Shown piece by piece: positions 26,081 to 35,225 of a stretch of DNA of 64,000 nt; within the stretch, counting starts at the first letter, position 1; every line of letters begins with the position of its first letter. The stretch is from an uncultured Gammaproteobacteria bacterium (lineage in GTDB: Bacteria > Patescibacteriota > Patescibacteriia > 2-01-FULL-39-33), in NCBI GenBank assembly GCA_964536975.1, contig CAZHYS010000003.1, positions 15,419 to 79,418 of the forward strand. Reading direction: 5' to 3'. Made by a program: the position numbers and the translations under genes. Below the pieces are notes generated by a model that was given only the letters and a program-made list of their open reading frames with translations, did not search any database and had not been told where the DNA came from.

Positions 26081-28351
26081 ATGTCTAATGTGCAGAAGTT
26101 TGAAATGGATTGGGCTGGCCGCAAGTTGTCCGTAGAATTCGGACGCTTGGCCGACCAGGCTAACGCCGCTTGTCTTGTTTCTTATGGCGAGACAGTCGTT
26201 TTGGCGACAGCCGTGATGGGCAAAGAGCCGAGAGAGGGCGTTGACTTTCTCCCCTTCCAGGTGGAGATGGCGGAGAAGATGTATGCCGCCGGCAAAATCA
26301 AAGGTTCGCGATTTGTAAAACGCGAGGGCAAGCCGACCGACAACGCCATTTTGGACGCGCGGATGATTGATCGTGGCTTACGTCCATTATTCAATCAGAA
26401 AATTAGAAATGAAATCCAGGTCGTCGTCACCACCTTGTCTTATGATGATGAAAATCCGGCGGATGTTCTGGCGATTACCGCCGCCGCCATTGCCTTGCAC
26501 GCGTCCGACATTCCTTGGAATGGTCCGTTGGCCGGTTTGGCCATTGGCCGGATCGCCGGACAATTTGTCATTAATCCGACTGTTGCTCAGATAGAACAAT
26601 CGGATTTAAAACTGGTCGTTTCCGTGGTTGGTGATCGGATTGTGATGATTGACGCTGATTTTCAACAGGCGACCGAAGAGGATGCCGCCGCCGCGTTTGA
26701 GTTGGCAATCAAAGAAGCTCGTCCGGTGTTGGAATTCATTGAAAAAATTCGCGAGACAGTCGGCAAAGCCAAGCAAGATGAAAACAAGCTGATTGAGGCG
26801 GCGCAAGCGGCCGGCGAAGTTTCCTTGGCGGAAAAGGAAGCGGCTTTTGATGAAGCCAAGAAATTTTTCGCGCCGCAACTGGAAAAGTATCTGTTCAATC
26901 GGCCGCGCGGCACTAAGAGGGAACGCAAAGAAGTGGCCAAAGTATTGCTTGATGAGTTTGTTGAAAAAATAAAACAAGACGGCCGGCATGAAGAAATAAT
27001 CAATTATGTCAAAGATAATTTTGAAGCTTATCTGGAAGAAGAAGTCAGCCGGGCGATTTTGGAACGCGATTTGCGCGTGGACGGCCGCCGTTTGGATCAG
27101 ATCCGGCCGCTCTCTTGCCAAGTCGGCATCTTGCCGCGCACCCATGGCACCGGGTTGTTCAGCCGCGGTGAGACGCAAGTATTGTCAGTCGTGACCTTGG
27201 GCGCTCCCGGCGACGCGCAGATCCTTGATGAAATGACCGAAGACGATACCAAAAAGCATTATCTTCATTTTTACAATTGTCCGCCTTATTCTTTCGGCGA
27301 GGCGGGTCGGTTTGGCAGCCCTGGTCGGCGGGAAATCGGCCACGGCGCGCTCGCGGAAAAAGCGCTTTTGCCAGTGTTGCCGTCAAAAGAAGAATTCCCT
27401 TATACTATCATGGTCGTGTCTGAAGTGATGGGCTCCAACGGCTCTTCTTCCATGGCTTCTACCTGCGGCTCCACTTTATCACTGATGGATGCGGGCGTGC
27501 CAATCAAGAGTCCGGTGGCCGGTATTGCTATGGGTCTAGTTTCTCGCGGCGACAAATACAAGATTTTGACTGATTTGCAGGATTTGGAAGACGGTGAAGG
27601 CGGCATGGATTTCAAGGTGGCCGGCACCAAGGATGGCATTACCGCCATTCAGATGGACACCAAGACCAGTGGCTTAAACTTGGATATTTGCCGCCAGACT
27701 TTGGCGCAAGCTAAGAAAGCGCGCTTGGAGATATTGGATGAAATAATCAAGACGATTTCCTCACCGCGGCCAGATTTATCGCAGTATGCCCCGCGCATTG
27801 AAACTATGCGAATCAATCCTGACAAAATCAGGGATGTCATTGGCAGCGGCGGCAAGATTATCAATGAGATTATTGCTGTCTGCGATGTCCAGATTGATAT
27901 TGAAGACGACGGTTTGGTCACTATTACCAGCAACAATCCTGAAGGCATGAAGAAGGCGATTAAATGGGTTGAAGATTTGACCAAAGAAATACAAGTCGGC
28001 GAAGTTTACACCGGCAAAGTGGTACGATTGATGGATTTTGGCGCTTTTGTGGAAATTTTGCCCGGCCGGGACGGTATGGTTCATATTTCCGAGTTTGCCA
28101 ATCATCGCGTGGACAAGATTTCCGACGTTGCCAATATCGGCGACACTCTGACTGTTAAAGTGATTGAAATAGACGGCCAGGGACGAGTAAATTTGTCCGT
28201 CAAGCAAGCCGACCCGAATTATGATCCGGCCAGCGATCCCAAAAATGGCGCCGGCCATAGTAATGGCGGCTATCGCGGCAATAATGATCGCCGCAACGGC
28301 GGCCGCGGCTTTTCCGATCGGCCGCGGAAAAAATTCGGCTTCCGCCGGTAG
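26081..28351 (+). CDS. pnp: polynucleotide phosphorylase (PNPase) with RGG-rich C-terminal tail
   Basis: It has two RNase PH domains plus KH and S1 domains. The start MSNVQKF is preferred over the upstream in-frame ATG at 26012. Confidence 0.85.
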   Translation: MSNVQKFEMDWAGRKLSVEFGRLADQANAACLVSYGETVVLATAVMGKEPREGVDFLPFQVEMAEKMYAAGKIKGSRFVKREGKPTDNAILDARMIDRGLRPLFNQKIRNEIQVVVTTLSYDDENPADVLAITAAAIALHASDIPWNGPLAGLAIGRIAGQFVINPTVAQIEQSDLKLVVSVVGDRIVMIDADFQQATEEDAAAAFELAIKEARPVLEFIEKIRETVGKAKQDENKLIEAAQAAGEVSLAEKEAAFDEAKKFFAPQLEKYLFNRPRGTKRERKEVAKVLLDEFVEKIKQDGRHEEIINYVKDNFEAYLEEEVSRAILERDLRVDGRRLDQIRPLSCQVGILPRTHGTGLFSRGETQVLSVVTLGAPGDAQILDEMTEDDTKKHYLHFYNCPPYSFGEAGRFGSPGRREIGHGALAEKALLPVLPSKEEFPYTIMVVSEVMGSNGSSSMASTCGSTLSLMDAGVPIKSPVAGIAMGLVSRGDKYKILTDLQDLEDGEGGMDFKVAGTKDGITAIQMDTKTSGLNLDICRQTLAQAKKARLEILDEIIKTISSPRPDLSQYAPRIETMRINPDKIRDVIGSGGKIINEIIAVCDVQIDIEDDGLVTITSNNPEGMKKAIKWVEDLTKEIQVGEVYTGKVVRLMDFGAFVEILPGRDGMVHISEFANHRVDKISDVANIGDTLTVKVIEIDGQGRVNLSVKQADPNYDPASDPKNGAGHSNGGYRGNNDRRNGGRGFSDRPRKKFGFRR

Positions 28352-28388
28352 TCAAAGAATCACCTTATTGATATAGATTGCGTTTTTA

Positions 28389-29732
28389 ATGATATCTTTT
28401 AATCTCAAAAACAATTCCCTCCGTGGCAAAACCGCCCTTTTGCTTTTGGCGGGGATTGTTTTTTTGTCATTTTTTTCTTTTTCCGTTTACAATCAATATT
28501 TTGCCGATACCATTAGCCGCTATGTTCCGGCCGAAGCGGCGTTTTATGTCCGCTTTAGCCTGCCGAAGATAAAGAGCCGGGCAGAACTGTCCGATTTGGC
28601 ATCGCGGACAGTCACTGAAGTCTTATCGCCGCAATTGACGGAAGATTATTTTGATATCTCGCCGGTCAAGAGAGAGTTAGCAATAGTCGGCGCGGTCGCA
28701 AATGGCGAAATTCATCCGGCGGTTATCATTCGGACTGATCGGCCGGGCAAGACAGAGGAGTTTTTCAAAGAGCGCGGGATTTCTTATAAATTTTTGGCTG
28801 GAAATTATCTGGTCGCCGCCAATCGGCCGGAAACATTGGATTTTTTTTCATCTGACCGGACAGATATCTCAGGATTAATCAAGAGCAAGTTTTCCCGTCG
28901 ATCGTCCGTCAATGTTTTTATTTCTTCTTCTGCCGGAAGCGAACTAATTAAGGACAGTTTTTCTTGGAACATATTTTTGGCTGGTTTGGATTTGTCCAGC
29001 GATATTTTTGCTAATGCTCGGGTAAAAGGCGGCCGGCTGGAAGCGACAATTATTGGCAAAGAAAGCGGTCGCGCTGACATTCCCGACAAAATTGGCGATT
29101 TTGATTTTGTTTTGTCCACGGGGGATTTTTCCGCTTTGGCCGACAAATTCTCCGCCCAATTATCATCTGTTTCTTCTGCCGCCGAAAACAATTGGGCGTG
29201 GTGGCGGGAGCGTTATTTCGGCGAAGCTGGCAAAGATGTTTTTGGCCGGCAGCTGGTTTTTGCCGCCGCTGGTACTGGCCGCGGTTCCGGTTGGCCGGTC
29301 AGTGATTTTGATTTTTGTCTTAACGTCTATTTTCCCGACGAGGCGGCGCTGGCAGCCAATTTGCCTATTTGGGAAGAGACGATCAAAAAAATCATCGCTG
29401 AGCGGTTTTTTTCCCGGCAGTCGGTTTGGCTGGATGACGGCACCAGAGTAGTGGAGTATAGGCCGCTTTATTCCCGGCTGGATTATGGCCAGGATGGAGA
29501 TCTCAAAATCATTTCCGCTACCTCTACCAGTGAAGAAATTAGTATTTTTTATGCTTCCGCCGGTCCGGTTTTACGCATTTCCAACAACAAATCTCTGTCC
29601 TGCGATAATTTAGGAGGCGATGGCGATTATATAAAATGGAACACGTCTTTGGCGCCGTTTTATCAGCCGTTTGATTTTCTCAATGCTTTTAAGCAGATAG
29701 AGGCATCAGGGGACAAAGTGATTTTTAGATAA
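28389..29732 (+). CDS. hypothetical N-terminally membrane-anchored protein (447 aa)
   Basis: The ORF is long and has an N-terminal TM helix. I recognise no domain. Confidence 0.5.
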   Translation: MISFNLKNNSLRGKTALLLLAGIVFLSFFSFSVYNQYFADTISRYVPAEAAFYVRFSLPKIKSRAELSDLASRTVTEVLSPQLTEDYFDISPVKRELAIVGAVANGEIHPAVIIRTDRPGKTEEFFKERGISYKFLAGNYLVAANRPETLDFFSSDRTDISGLIKSKFSRRSSVNVFISSSAGSELIKDSFSWNIFLAGLDLSSDIFANARVKGGRLEATIIGKESGRADIPDKIGDFDFVLSTGDFSALADKFSAQLSSVSSAAENNWAWWRERYFGEAGKDVFGRQLVFAAAGTGRGSGWPVSDFDFCLNVYFPDEAALAANLPIWEETIKKIIAERFFSRQSVWLDDGTRVVEYRPLYSRLDYGQDGDLKIISATSTSEEISIFYASAGPVLRISNNKSLSCDNLGGDGDYIKWNTSLAPFYQPFDFLNAFKQIEASGDKVIFR

Positions 29733-29873
29733 TTCTGCTAAATTTAGCGAAAAAATATTTTTTAATCAACATTGTGAATAATATGTTGATAACTTGACAA
29801 GAACAGTTTTTTATTTTGGTGGATAAGTTTGGAATAACTTTATTTTTTGTTTAAAATTAGCCGTTATTTCATA

Positions 29874-29902
29874 TTGACCAGGTATTTGGAAAATGCTATA
29901 AT
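29874..29902 (+). promoter_or_regulatory. strong sigma70-like promoter (ttgacc-17-tataat with TG extended -10)
   Basis: ttgacc is at 29874-29879, then the 17-nt spacer aggtatttggaaaatgc, then tataat at 29897-29902. It points toward the GC-rich structured region and the dksA-like gene. Confidence 0.55.
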
Positions 29903-29999
29903 TAACATAGAAACGATAAAAACGCACCTTTAATCATCTGAAAAGTTGTCCTAAATGACCGTTTAAGACAGTTTTTCGCTTTTTACTATTCGCTTTATT

Positions 30000-30230
30000 C
30001 CCGGCGGGCGTGACTGCTTGCCGCCATTCCGAGGTTTGTCTCGGCCCAAAAAGAGAGCCTACAGCCGGCGCACAGTAGAAGGCAATAGTACCTTAGAATC
30101 TCTCCCGGTCAGAGAGATGCTTTCACTGGCGCGAGGTTGCGCGGATTTTTGCTTGCCGTTTTGGCGTTCAAAACGGCAGACAAACCGGTCTCGAGGCCTG
30201 TAGGCTCAAGAAGCCCACAATATTAATATA
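30000..30230 (+). ncRNA. candidate structured ncRNA or long structured leader (GC-rich, multiple hairpins)
   Basis: It contains hairpins ccgag-gtttgt-ctcgg, tctctc-ccggtca-gagaga, cgcg-aggttg-cgcg and ccgtttt-ggcgttc-aaaacgg. There are long-range complements gagcctacag/ctgtaggctc and ggtttgtct/agacaaacc. GC is far above the AT-rich flanks. It lies downstream of the promoter at 29874-29902. I could not match it to a known RNA class. Confidence 0.35.
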
Positions 30231-30378
30231 CAAATATAAATATGGGGTGTACGCTTGAGCCTCTTTTGTTTTCTCAAAAAATTTGTTATATTTAACTAAA
30301 CATAAATTTGCTTCATATAAGGAGGGCTCATTGCTGCGGCTTATAAAGGCCGCAGTCAAATTAATTTCTAACCATTTT

Positions 30379-30759
30379 ATGGACGAGAAAATTCTCCAAG
30401 AGCTGAAAAATCAGCTTGAAGAAAAAAAAGAAAGAATAATCGCCAACTTAGAAAGCATCGGCAATCGAGTGAAGGGCGATGACAACGATGAGATAAATTA
30501 CAACGCCGAGTTTCCCGATTACGGCGATTCCAGCGAGGACAGCGCGGTGGAAGTGGCTGATTATACCAAAAATTTGTCTTTTGAACGGGGGCTAGAAGGC
30601 GAATTGCGCGACGTGGAAGCGGCGCTCAAAAAAATAGCAGAAGGGGGATATGGTATTTGCAAGCACTGCGGCAAGCAGATAGAGCTGGAGCGATTGAAGA
30701 TCCGCCCCGAATCATCTTCTTGCGTCGCCTGCAAACAAGCGCTCAAGAATGGGGAATGA
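30379..30759 (+). CDS. DksA/TraR-family C4-type zinc-finger protein
   Basis: It has CKHCGKQIELERLKIRPESSSCVACK (CxxC-17-CxxC) and an N-terminal coiled coil. The ORF track starts earlier at 30283. Confidence 0.65.
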   Translation: MDEKILQELKNQLEEKKERIIANLESIGNRVKGDDNDEINYNAEFPDYGDSSEDSAVEVADYTKNLSFERGLEGELRDVEAALKKIAEGGYGICKHCGKQIELERLKIRPESSSCVACKQALKNGE

Positions 30760-30763
30760 AATT

Positions 30764-30797
30764 CCCTCCCCTTTACAAGGGGAGGGAAGGGAGGGGT
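30764..30797. repeat. CCTCC hairpin repeat copy
   Basis: The sequence is ccctcccctttacaaggggagggaagggagggg. Confidence 0.7.
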
Positions 30798-30845
30798 AAA
30801 ATAATGGAATAATATTTTCTTTTTTCAAGTGACAAAAAAGGATTT

Positions 30846-31331
30846 ATGAAGTTAATATATTTAAAAATTAATTCACTTAATGGTATAAAATTATTTTTCC
30901 TAAATCTGATTACTATTTTTTTATTTATCATTGACCGTTTGGCCAAAAAAATATTCTTCGCTAATCGCGAAGAGTATTTTATTTTCGGCGATTTTTTGCG
31001 GCTCAAGCTGGCGCTTAACTCCGGCATCGCTTTTGGCATCAGGTTGGATGCCATTGTCATCGCGATTTTTTATGTTGTTATTTTCTTGGTTTTGGTTTGG
31101 TTTTTGGCGGATGCCGTCAAAGAGCGACGGTATTTTGTGGTTTTTTGTCTTGGCCTCGTCATTGCCGGCGCTTTTTCCAACTTGCTTGATAGGTTATATG
31201 TCGGCCAAGTGATTGATTATATTGACGTCAAATATTTCAGTGTCTTCAACTTGGCGGACGCGATGATTGTTGGGGGAGTGATGGGGATTTTTGGGAAGGG
31301 TATTAATTTTAAGATTTTTAGTAAAAAGTAA
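30846..31331 (+). CDS. lspA: lipoprotein signal peptidase II
   Basis: It has four TM helices and the conserved FNLADAMI/VGG region. Confidence 0.75.
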   Translation: MKLIYLKINSLNGIKLFFLNLITIFLFIIDRLAKKIFFANREEYFIFGDFLRLKLALNSGIAFGIRLDAIVIAIFYVVIFLVLVWFLADAVKERRYFVVFCLGLVIAGAFSNLLDRLYVGQVIDYIDVKYFSVFNLADAMIVGGVMGIFGKGINFKIFSKK

Positions 31332-31484
31332 TACTATTTTAATAACCTAAAGTGGGATGTCGTGTTTACTTATTAAATATGGTATAATAAAGACAATCGA
31401 GATAAATAGCATATAAATACATTAAAAGTGACAAGTTAAAATACATCATGGTAGAAAAGTAAGAATGATACTAAAACCTTTAAA

Positions 31485-32015
31485 ATGGATTGTATGAGTT
31501 CGATTTGTATTAGTTTGATTATAAGTACCTTATTAACTTGGGGGGTTGGATTATCAATTCCATTAATTCTCCGTTTTTTAGTTTTTAAAAAACCAGTCGG
31601 TAAGATAACCGCTGTCGGCATAGTTTTTCTTAATTGGTTTTTTGATTTATGTTTTTTTATTGCGATTGGCAGTGAAAGTAAGACACACGGAGCTTTATTT
31701 CTTGTAGCCCTTGTTTCTTATGGAATACTTCGCGGTAAAGATGGCGTGAATAAGGTATTAAAGAAAAAAGATAACGAAGAATCTAAACCCCAACCTTTTT
31801 TAGAAAATGTAAAACCGATTGGTTCTCCAGAAGAATACGAGGATAGCATTTACAAGAGTTTAAGGAGCTTGAAAGAAGGGCATAATAATAATGATCTTGA
31901 AAAAATGATAATTAAGAAAATAAAAAGGGATAGTATCGCCAATAATAACTCCTATTATTCGGAAGATTGGCAAATTCATTACGCTAAAGAAAGAATTATG
32001 GATAAATTAAAATAA
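31485..32015 (+). CDS. hypothetical membrane protein (AT-rich island)
   Basis: It has 3-4 TM helices. GC is much lower than in the surroundings. Confidence 0.45.
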   Translation: MDCMSSICISLIISTLLTWGVGLSIPLILRFLVFKKPVGKITAVGIVFLNWFFDLCFFIAIGSESKTHGALFLVALVSYGILRGKDGVNKVLKKKDNEESKPQPFLENVKPIGSPEEYEDSIYKSLRSLKEGHNNNDLEKMIIKKIKRDSIANNNSYYSEDWQIHYAKERIMDKLK

Positions 32016-32033
32016 TATAAATAATAACTTTTT

Positions 32034-33116
32034 ATGAAAAAATTATTTATTATCCCACTACTATTATTGGCCTTTAGCTTTAATGAGGCGAAAGCATTTG
32101 GTTCTTTTAAATTGATTGATTTTAAATTAGAAAAAACAGGAATGGTGGGGGTTCCTTTTAGTGAATATATAAATTATATTTATAGTGGTGACTATTATTC
32201 CAAAATTTCAGTCATCGGTGCAAAGATACCAAATGGTTTAACTCTCGGATCAATTAATTATGGAACAAATGGAGTGGATTCGGTTAAATTAAGTATAACA
32301 CCTAAAGAATCTGGAGTGTATCCTTTAACATTAATTTTAACTGATAATAATGGCGCTGTATTAAGCCAACCGTTTAATTTTACTGTTAGTGATAACTCTT
32401 ATAGTATAATTACAACCGCTTTGCCAAGCGCTATGACTGGAAAACAATATGATGGGGTTATTAAATTAAAATATTTTGGTTTAGATAATCCAGTAACTGT
32501 TATGTTAGATGGTGATGGATTGTCTAAATTATGTCTGTATCCTAGAACAACGGTGATTTCTACAGATTACTCGTCTGGTTTTCCAGAAGAGACCATAGAG
32601 GTGTCTTTTTCTGGTTTGCCATGTTCGGCAGGACAATATACGGTAACACTTTATGTTGGAGAGGAAAAAGCTAAAAAGTACACTCTTTATATAGAAAAAA
32701 ACCCCAGCATTGCAACGGGGGAGTCAGAAGAGTCTGCTACGGCCGGTGTAGACAGCACGGAGGTATCATTAAATGTTCGAGAAAGATTGATAAAAACAAA
32801 GGACAATCCAGCCGTATATTTATTAGAGAATGGAGCTAGGAGATTATTTGTTAATTTTGATACTTACTACAGTTGGTATGGAAATGATTTTTCTTCCGTT
32901 GAAGAAATAAGTCAAGATGAATTCGACGATTTATCTTTAGGTAAAAATGTGGTAGTAAAATCTAATAGCTATATTAAATTTGAAAACGGCAATTCGATAT
33001 ACCGTATTCAAGATGATGTAAATATTTGCAAAACTATTGAAACTCCGAATAATTTTTACTTAATACAGACAGCATTTGAAATGGATTACACTAGAACAGG
33101 AGACTGCTTAGAGTAA
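32034..33116 (+). CDS. hypothetical secreted protein (AT-rich island)
   Basis: It has a signal peptide (MKKLFIIPLLLLAFSFNEAKA) and is beta-rich. I recognise no domain. Confidence 0.5.
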   Translation: MKKLFIIPLLLLAFSFNEAKAFGSFKLIDFKLEKTGMVGVPFSEYINYIYSGDYYSKISVIGAKIPNGLTLGSINYGTNGVDSVKLSITPKESGVYPLTLILTDNNGAVLSQPFNFTVSDNSYSIITTALPSAMTGKQYDGVIKLKYFGLDNPVTVMLDGDGLSKLCLYPRTTVISTDYSSGFPEETIEVSFSGLPCSAGQYTVTLYVGEEKAKKYTLYIEKNPSIATGESEESATAGVDSTEVSLNVRERLIKTKDNPAVYLLENGARRLFVNFDTYYSWYGNDFSSVEEISQDEFDDLSLGKNVVVKSNSYIKFENGNSIYRIQDDVNICKTIETPNNFYLIQTAFEMDYTRTGDCLE

Positions 33117-33399
33117 GCCATATAAATAAGCCAGTATTAAATTCAGTCGCCAGTTTTTTATAAAGAATATTTATTTTATTTAATCATTCGTCTTTGTTGT
33201 CTTAAAATAGAATTAATACTTAACTAGACTAAAGATATTTAGATTTTATAAAAAAAGGAAATTGGTCGTCTATCTTAATAAAACAAGATTCCATAATAAC
33301 AATATAACCCCAAGCATTTGGGGTTATATTGTGTTAAAATTACCATAAGCTATTAGTTATTAGCAATTATCTATACGCCATAAGCCATAAGTTATTTCC

Positions 33400-34926
33400 A
33401 TGTCCTCCAAAATTTTTTCCGCGGCCATCATCGGTCTTGATTGCGAAGTGGTGGAAGTGGAAGCGGACAATTCGCCGCACGGCCAGCCCGGCATCCATAT
33501 CGTCGGTCTGCCGGACAAGGCAGTTGATGAGTCCAAGAGCCGGGTGTATAGCGCGGTTAGGAATTCCGGCTTGGAATTTCCGCGCGGCAATGTCACTGTC
33601 AATCTGGCGCCGGCCGATCTCAAAAAGGTCGGCACTTATTATGACTTGCCTATAGCCGTAGCTTGCCTTGAGCAAAGCAGTGAGGTTGACTTGACCGGCT
33701 GGCGGGAAAACAGCCTGTTTGTCGGCGAGTTGGCGCTGGGCGGCGACTTGCGGCCAATTGCCGGTGTTTTATCAATCGCTCTGATGTGCCGCCGCCGCGG
33801 AATCAAGAATATTTTTTTGCCGCGCGGCAATGCCGCCGAGGCGGGACTTGTCAAGGAGATAAATATCTACCCCTTGGACAACTTGCGGCAGCTATATCAG
33901 CATTTCAAAAGTATTGAGCCAATCGGCGAGTTTGTCGCCGGCGATTACTTTTCTGCCGCTGCCGATTTTTGCCCGGATTTTGACATGTCTTCCATCAAGG
34001 GACAAGAGCAGGCCAAGCGCGCTTTGGAAATCGCCGCCGCCGGCAGCCACAACATTCTGATGTCTGGCCCGCCCGGCTCGGGCAAAACCATGCTCGCCAA
34101 AGCAATGTCTTCAATTTTGCCGCGAATGACGATGGAAGAAAGCCTGGAAGTGACTAAGATTCACAGCGCCGCCGGCGTTTTGGCCAAAGATCAGCCGCTT
34201 ATCACCGATCGCCCGTTCCGTTCGCCTCATCACACCGCTTCGGCCATTGCCTTGGTCGGCGGCGGTTCGTGGCCGCGGCCGGGCGAAATCTCTTTGGCGC
34301 ATCGCGGCGTTCTGTTTCTGGATGAATTTTTGGAATTTCCGAAAACCGTTTTGGAAAACTTGCGTCAGCCGTTGGAAGACGGCATTGTGACTGTCTCGCG
34401 CGTTGCCGGCACGATCAGGTTTCCGGCTAAGTTTGTTCTGGTGGCGGCAATGAACCCGTGCCCTTGCGGTTATCTGTCCGATCCGGACAAGGAGTGTATT
34501 TGCAGTCAAAGCCAGGTAGTCAGTTATCAAAAAAAAGCATCCGGTCCGTTGCTTGATCGGATTGATATTCATATTGAAGTGCCGCGGCAGAGCTTTGACA
34601 AATTGGAGGCGACTGAAATCGGCGAATCATCGGCTGTCATCAGGGAGCGGGTGCAAAAGGCGAGAGATCGGCAGCTGTGGCGATTTGCCGAAGACAATAT
34701 TATTAACAATTCGGAAATGGGCAGCCGGCAGATTGAGAAGTATTGCCAACTGGACAATGATAGCCGCCAATTATTGCGGCAGGCCGTGGACAAGTTTCAT
34801 TTGTCGGCCAGGTCATTTCATCGGATTTTGAAATTGGCGCGGACCATTGCCGATTTGGCCGAGAGCGAAAAGATAATGACCGAACACTTGGCGGAGAGCT
34901 TGCAGTATCGGCCGAGAGTGGAGTAG
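33400..34926 (+). CDS. comM: YifB/ComM-family Mg-chelatase-like AAA+ ATPase
   Basis: It has a Lon-like N-domain and the Walker A motif GPPGSGKT, and the C-terminus matches the ComM family. Confidence 0.85.
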   Translation: MSSKIFSAAIIGLDCEVVEVEADNSPHGQPGIHIVGLPDKAVDESKSRVYSAVRNSGLEFPRGNVTVNLAPADLKKVGTYYDLPIAVACLEQSSEVDLTGWRENSLFVGELALGGDLRPIAGVLSIALMCRRRGIKNIFLPRGNAAEAGLVKEINIYPLDNLRQLYQHFKSIEPIGEFVAGDYFSAAADFCPDFDMSSIKGQEQAKRALEIAAAGSHNILMSGPPGSGKTMLAKAMSSILPRMTMEESLEVTKIHSAAGVLAKDQPLITDRPFRSPHHTASAIALVGGGSWPRPGEISLAHRGVLFLDEFLEFPKTVLENLRQPLEDGIVTVSRVAGTIRFPAKFVLVAAMNPCPCGYLSDPDKECICSQSQVVSYQKKASGPLLDRIDIHIEVPRQSFDKLEATEIGESSAVIRERVQKARDRQLWRFAEDNIINNSEMGSRQIEKYCQLDNDSRQLLRQAVDKFHLSARSFHRILKLARTIADLAESEKIMTEHLAESLQYRPRVE

Positions 34927-35225
34927 GATGGCTAGTTTATAAAGTTAGAAAGTTTTTAAAGTTTATAAAGTAAATATATTTTGTAATCAGTAATAGTAAT
35001 TCTATAAAAACACCCATTCTGAGCACTCGGGATGGGTGTTTATTAGTGTTCTATGTTTCGTGATTTATGTTTCGTGATTTCCCGAGTCGCGAGTTACGAG
35101 TTCCGTTACCGATTACCGATTACTGATTACCATCTTACAGATGGTTCGGCTTCGCTCACCACAAGCTTTATAGACTTTATGACTTTCGACTTTCGACTAT
35201 CTAATATAATTCAACGGATTGACGC
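34927..35225. repeat. word-like short tandem repeats (tttataaagt, cgtgattt, acgagt, taccgattac, gactttcgac) plus a terminator hairpin
   Basis: Repetitive 8-12-mers recur here. Hairpin cacccattctgagcactcgggatgggtg at 35017-35044. Confidence 0.6.

Noticed and set aside
30018-30203. 61-aa ORF over the GC-rich structured region
   Set aside because: It needs a TTG start without an RBS. The region is dominated by stable hairpins and is better explained as RNA structure.
29995-30290. Assignment of the structured region to tmRNA, RNase P, SRP RNA or 6S RNA
   Set aside because: I could not find the tRNA-like acceptor and T-arm or the tag ORF of tmRNA. The P4 'AGGAAAGUCCGG' motif of RNase P is absent, and so is the SRP domain IV motif. 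I have left it unclassified rather than naming it.
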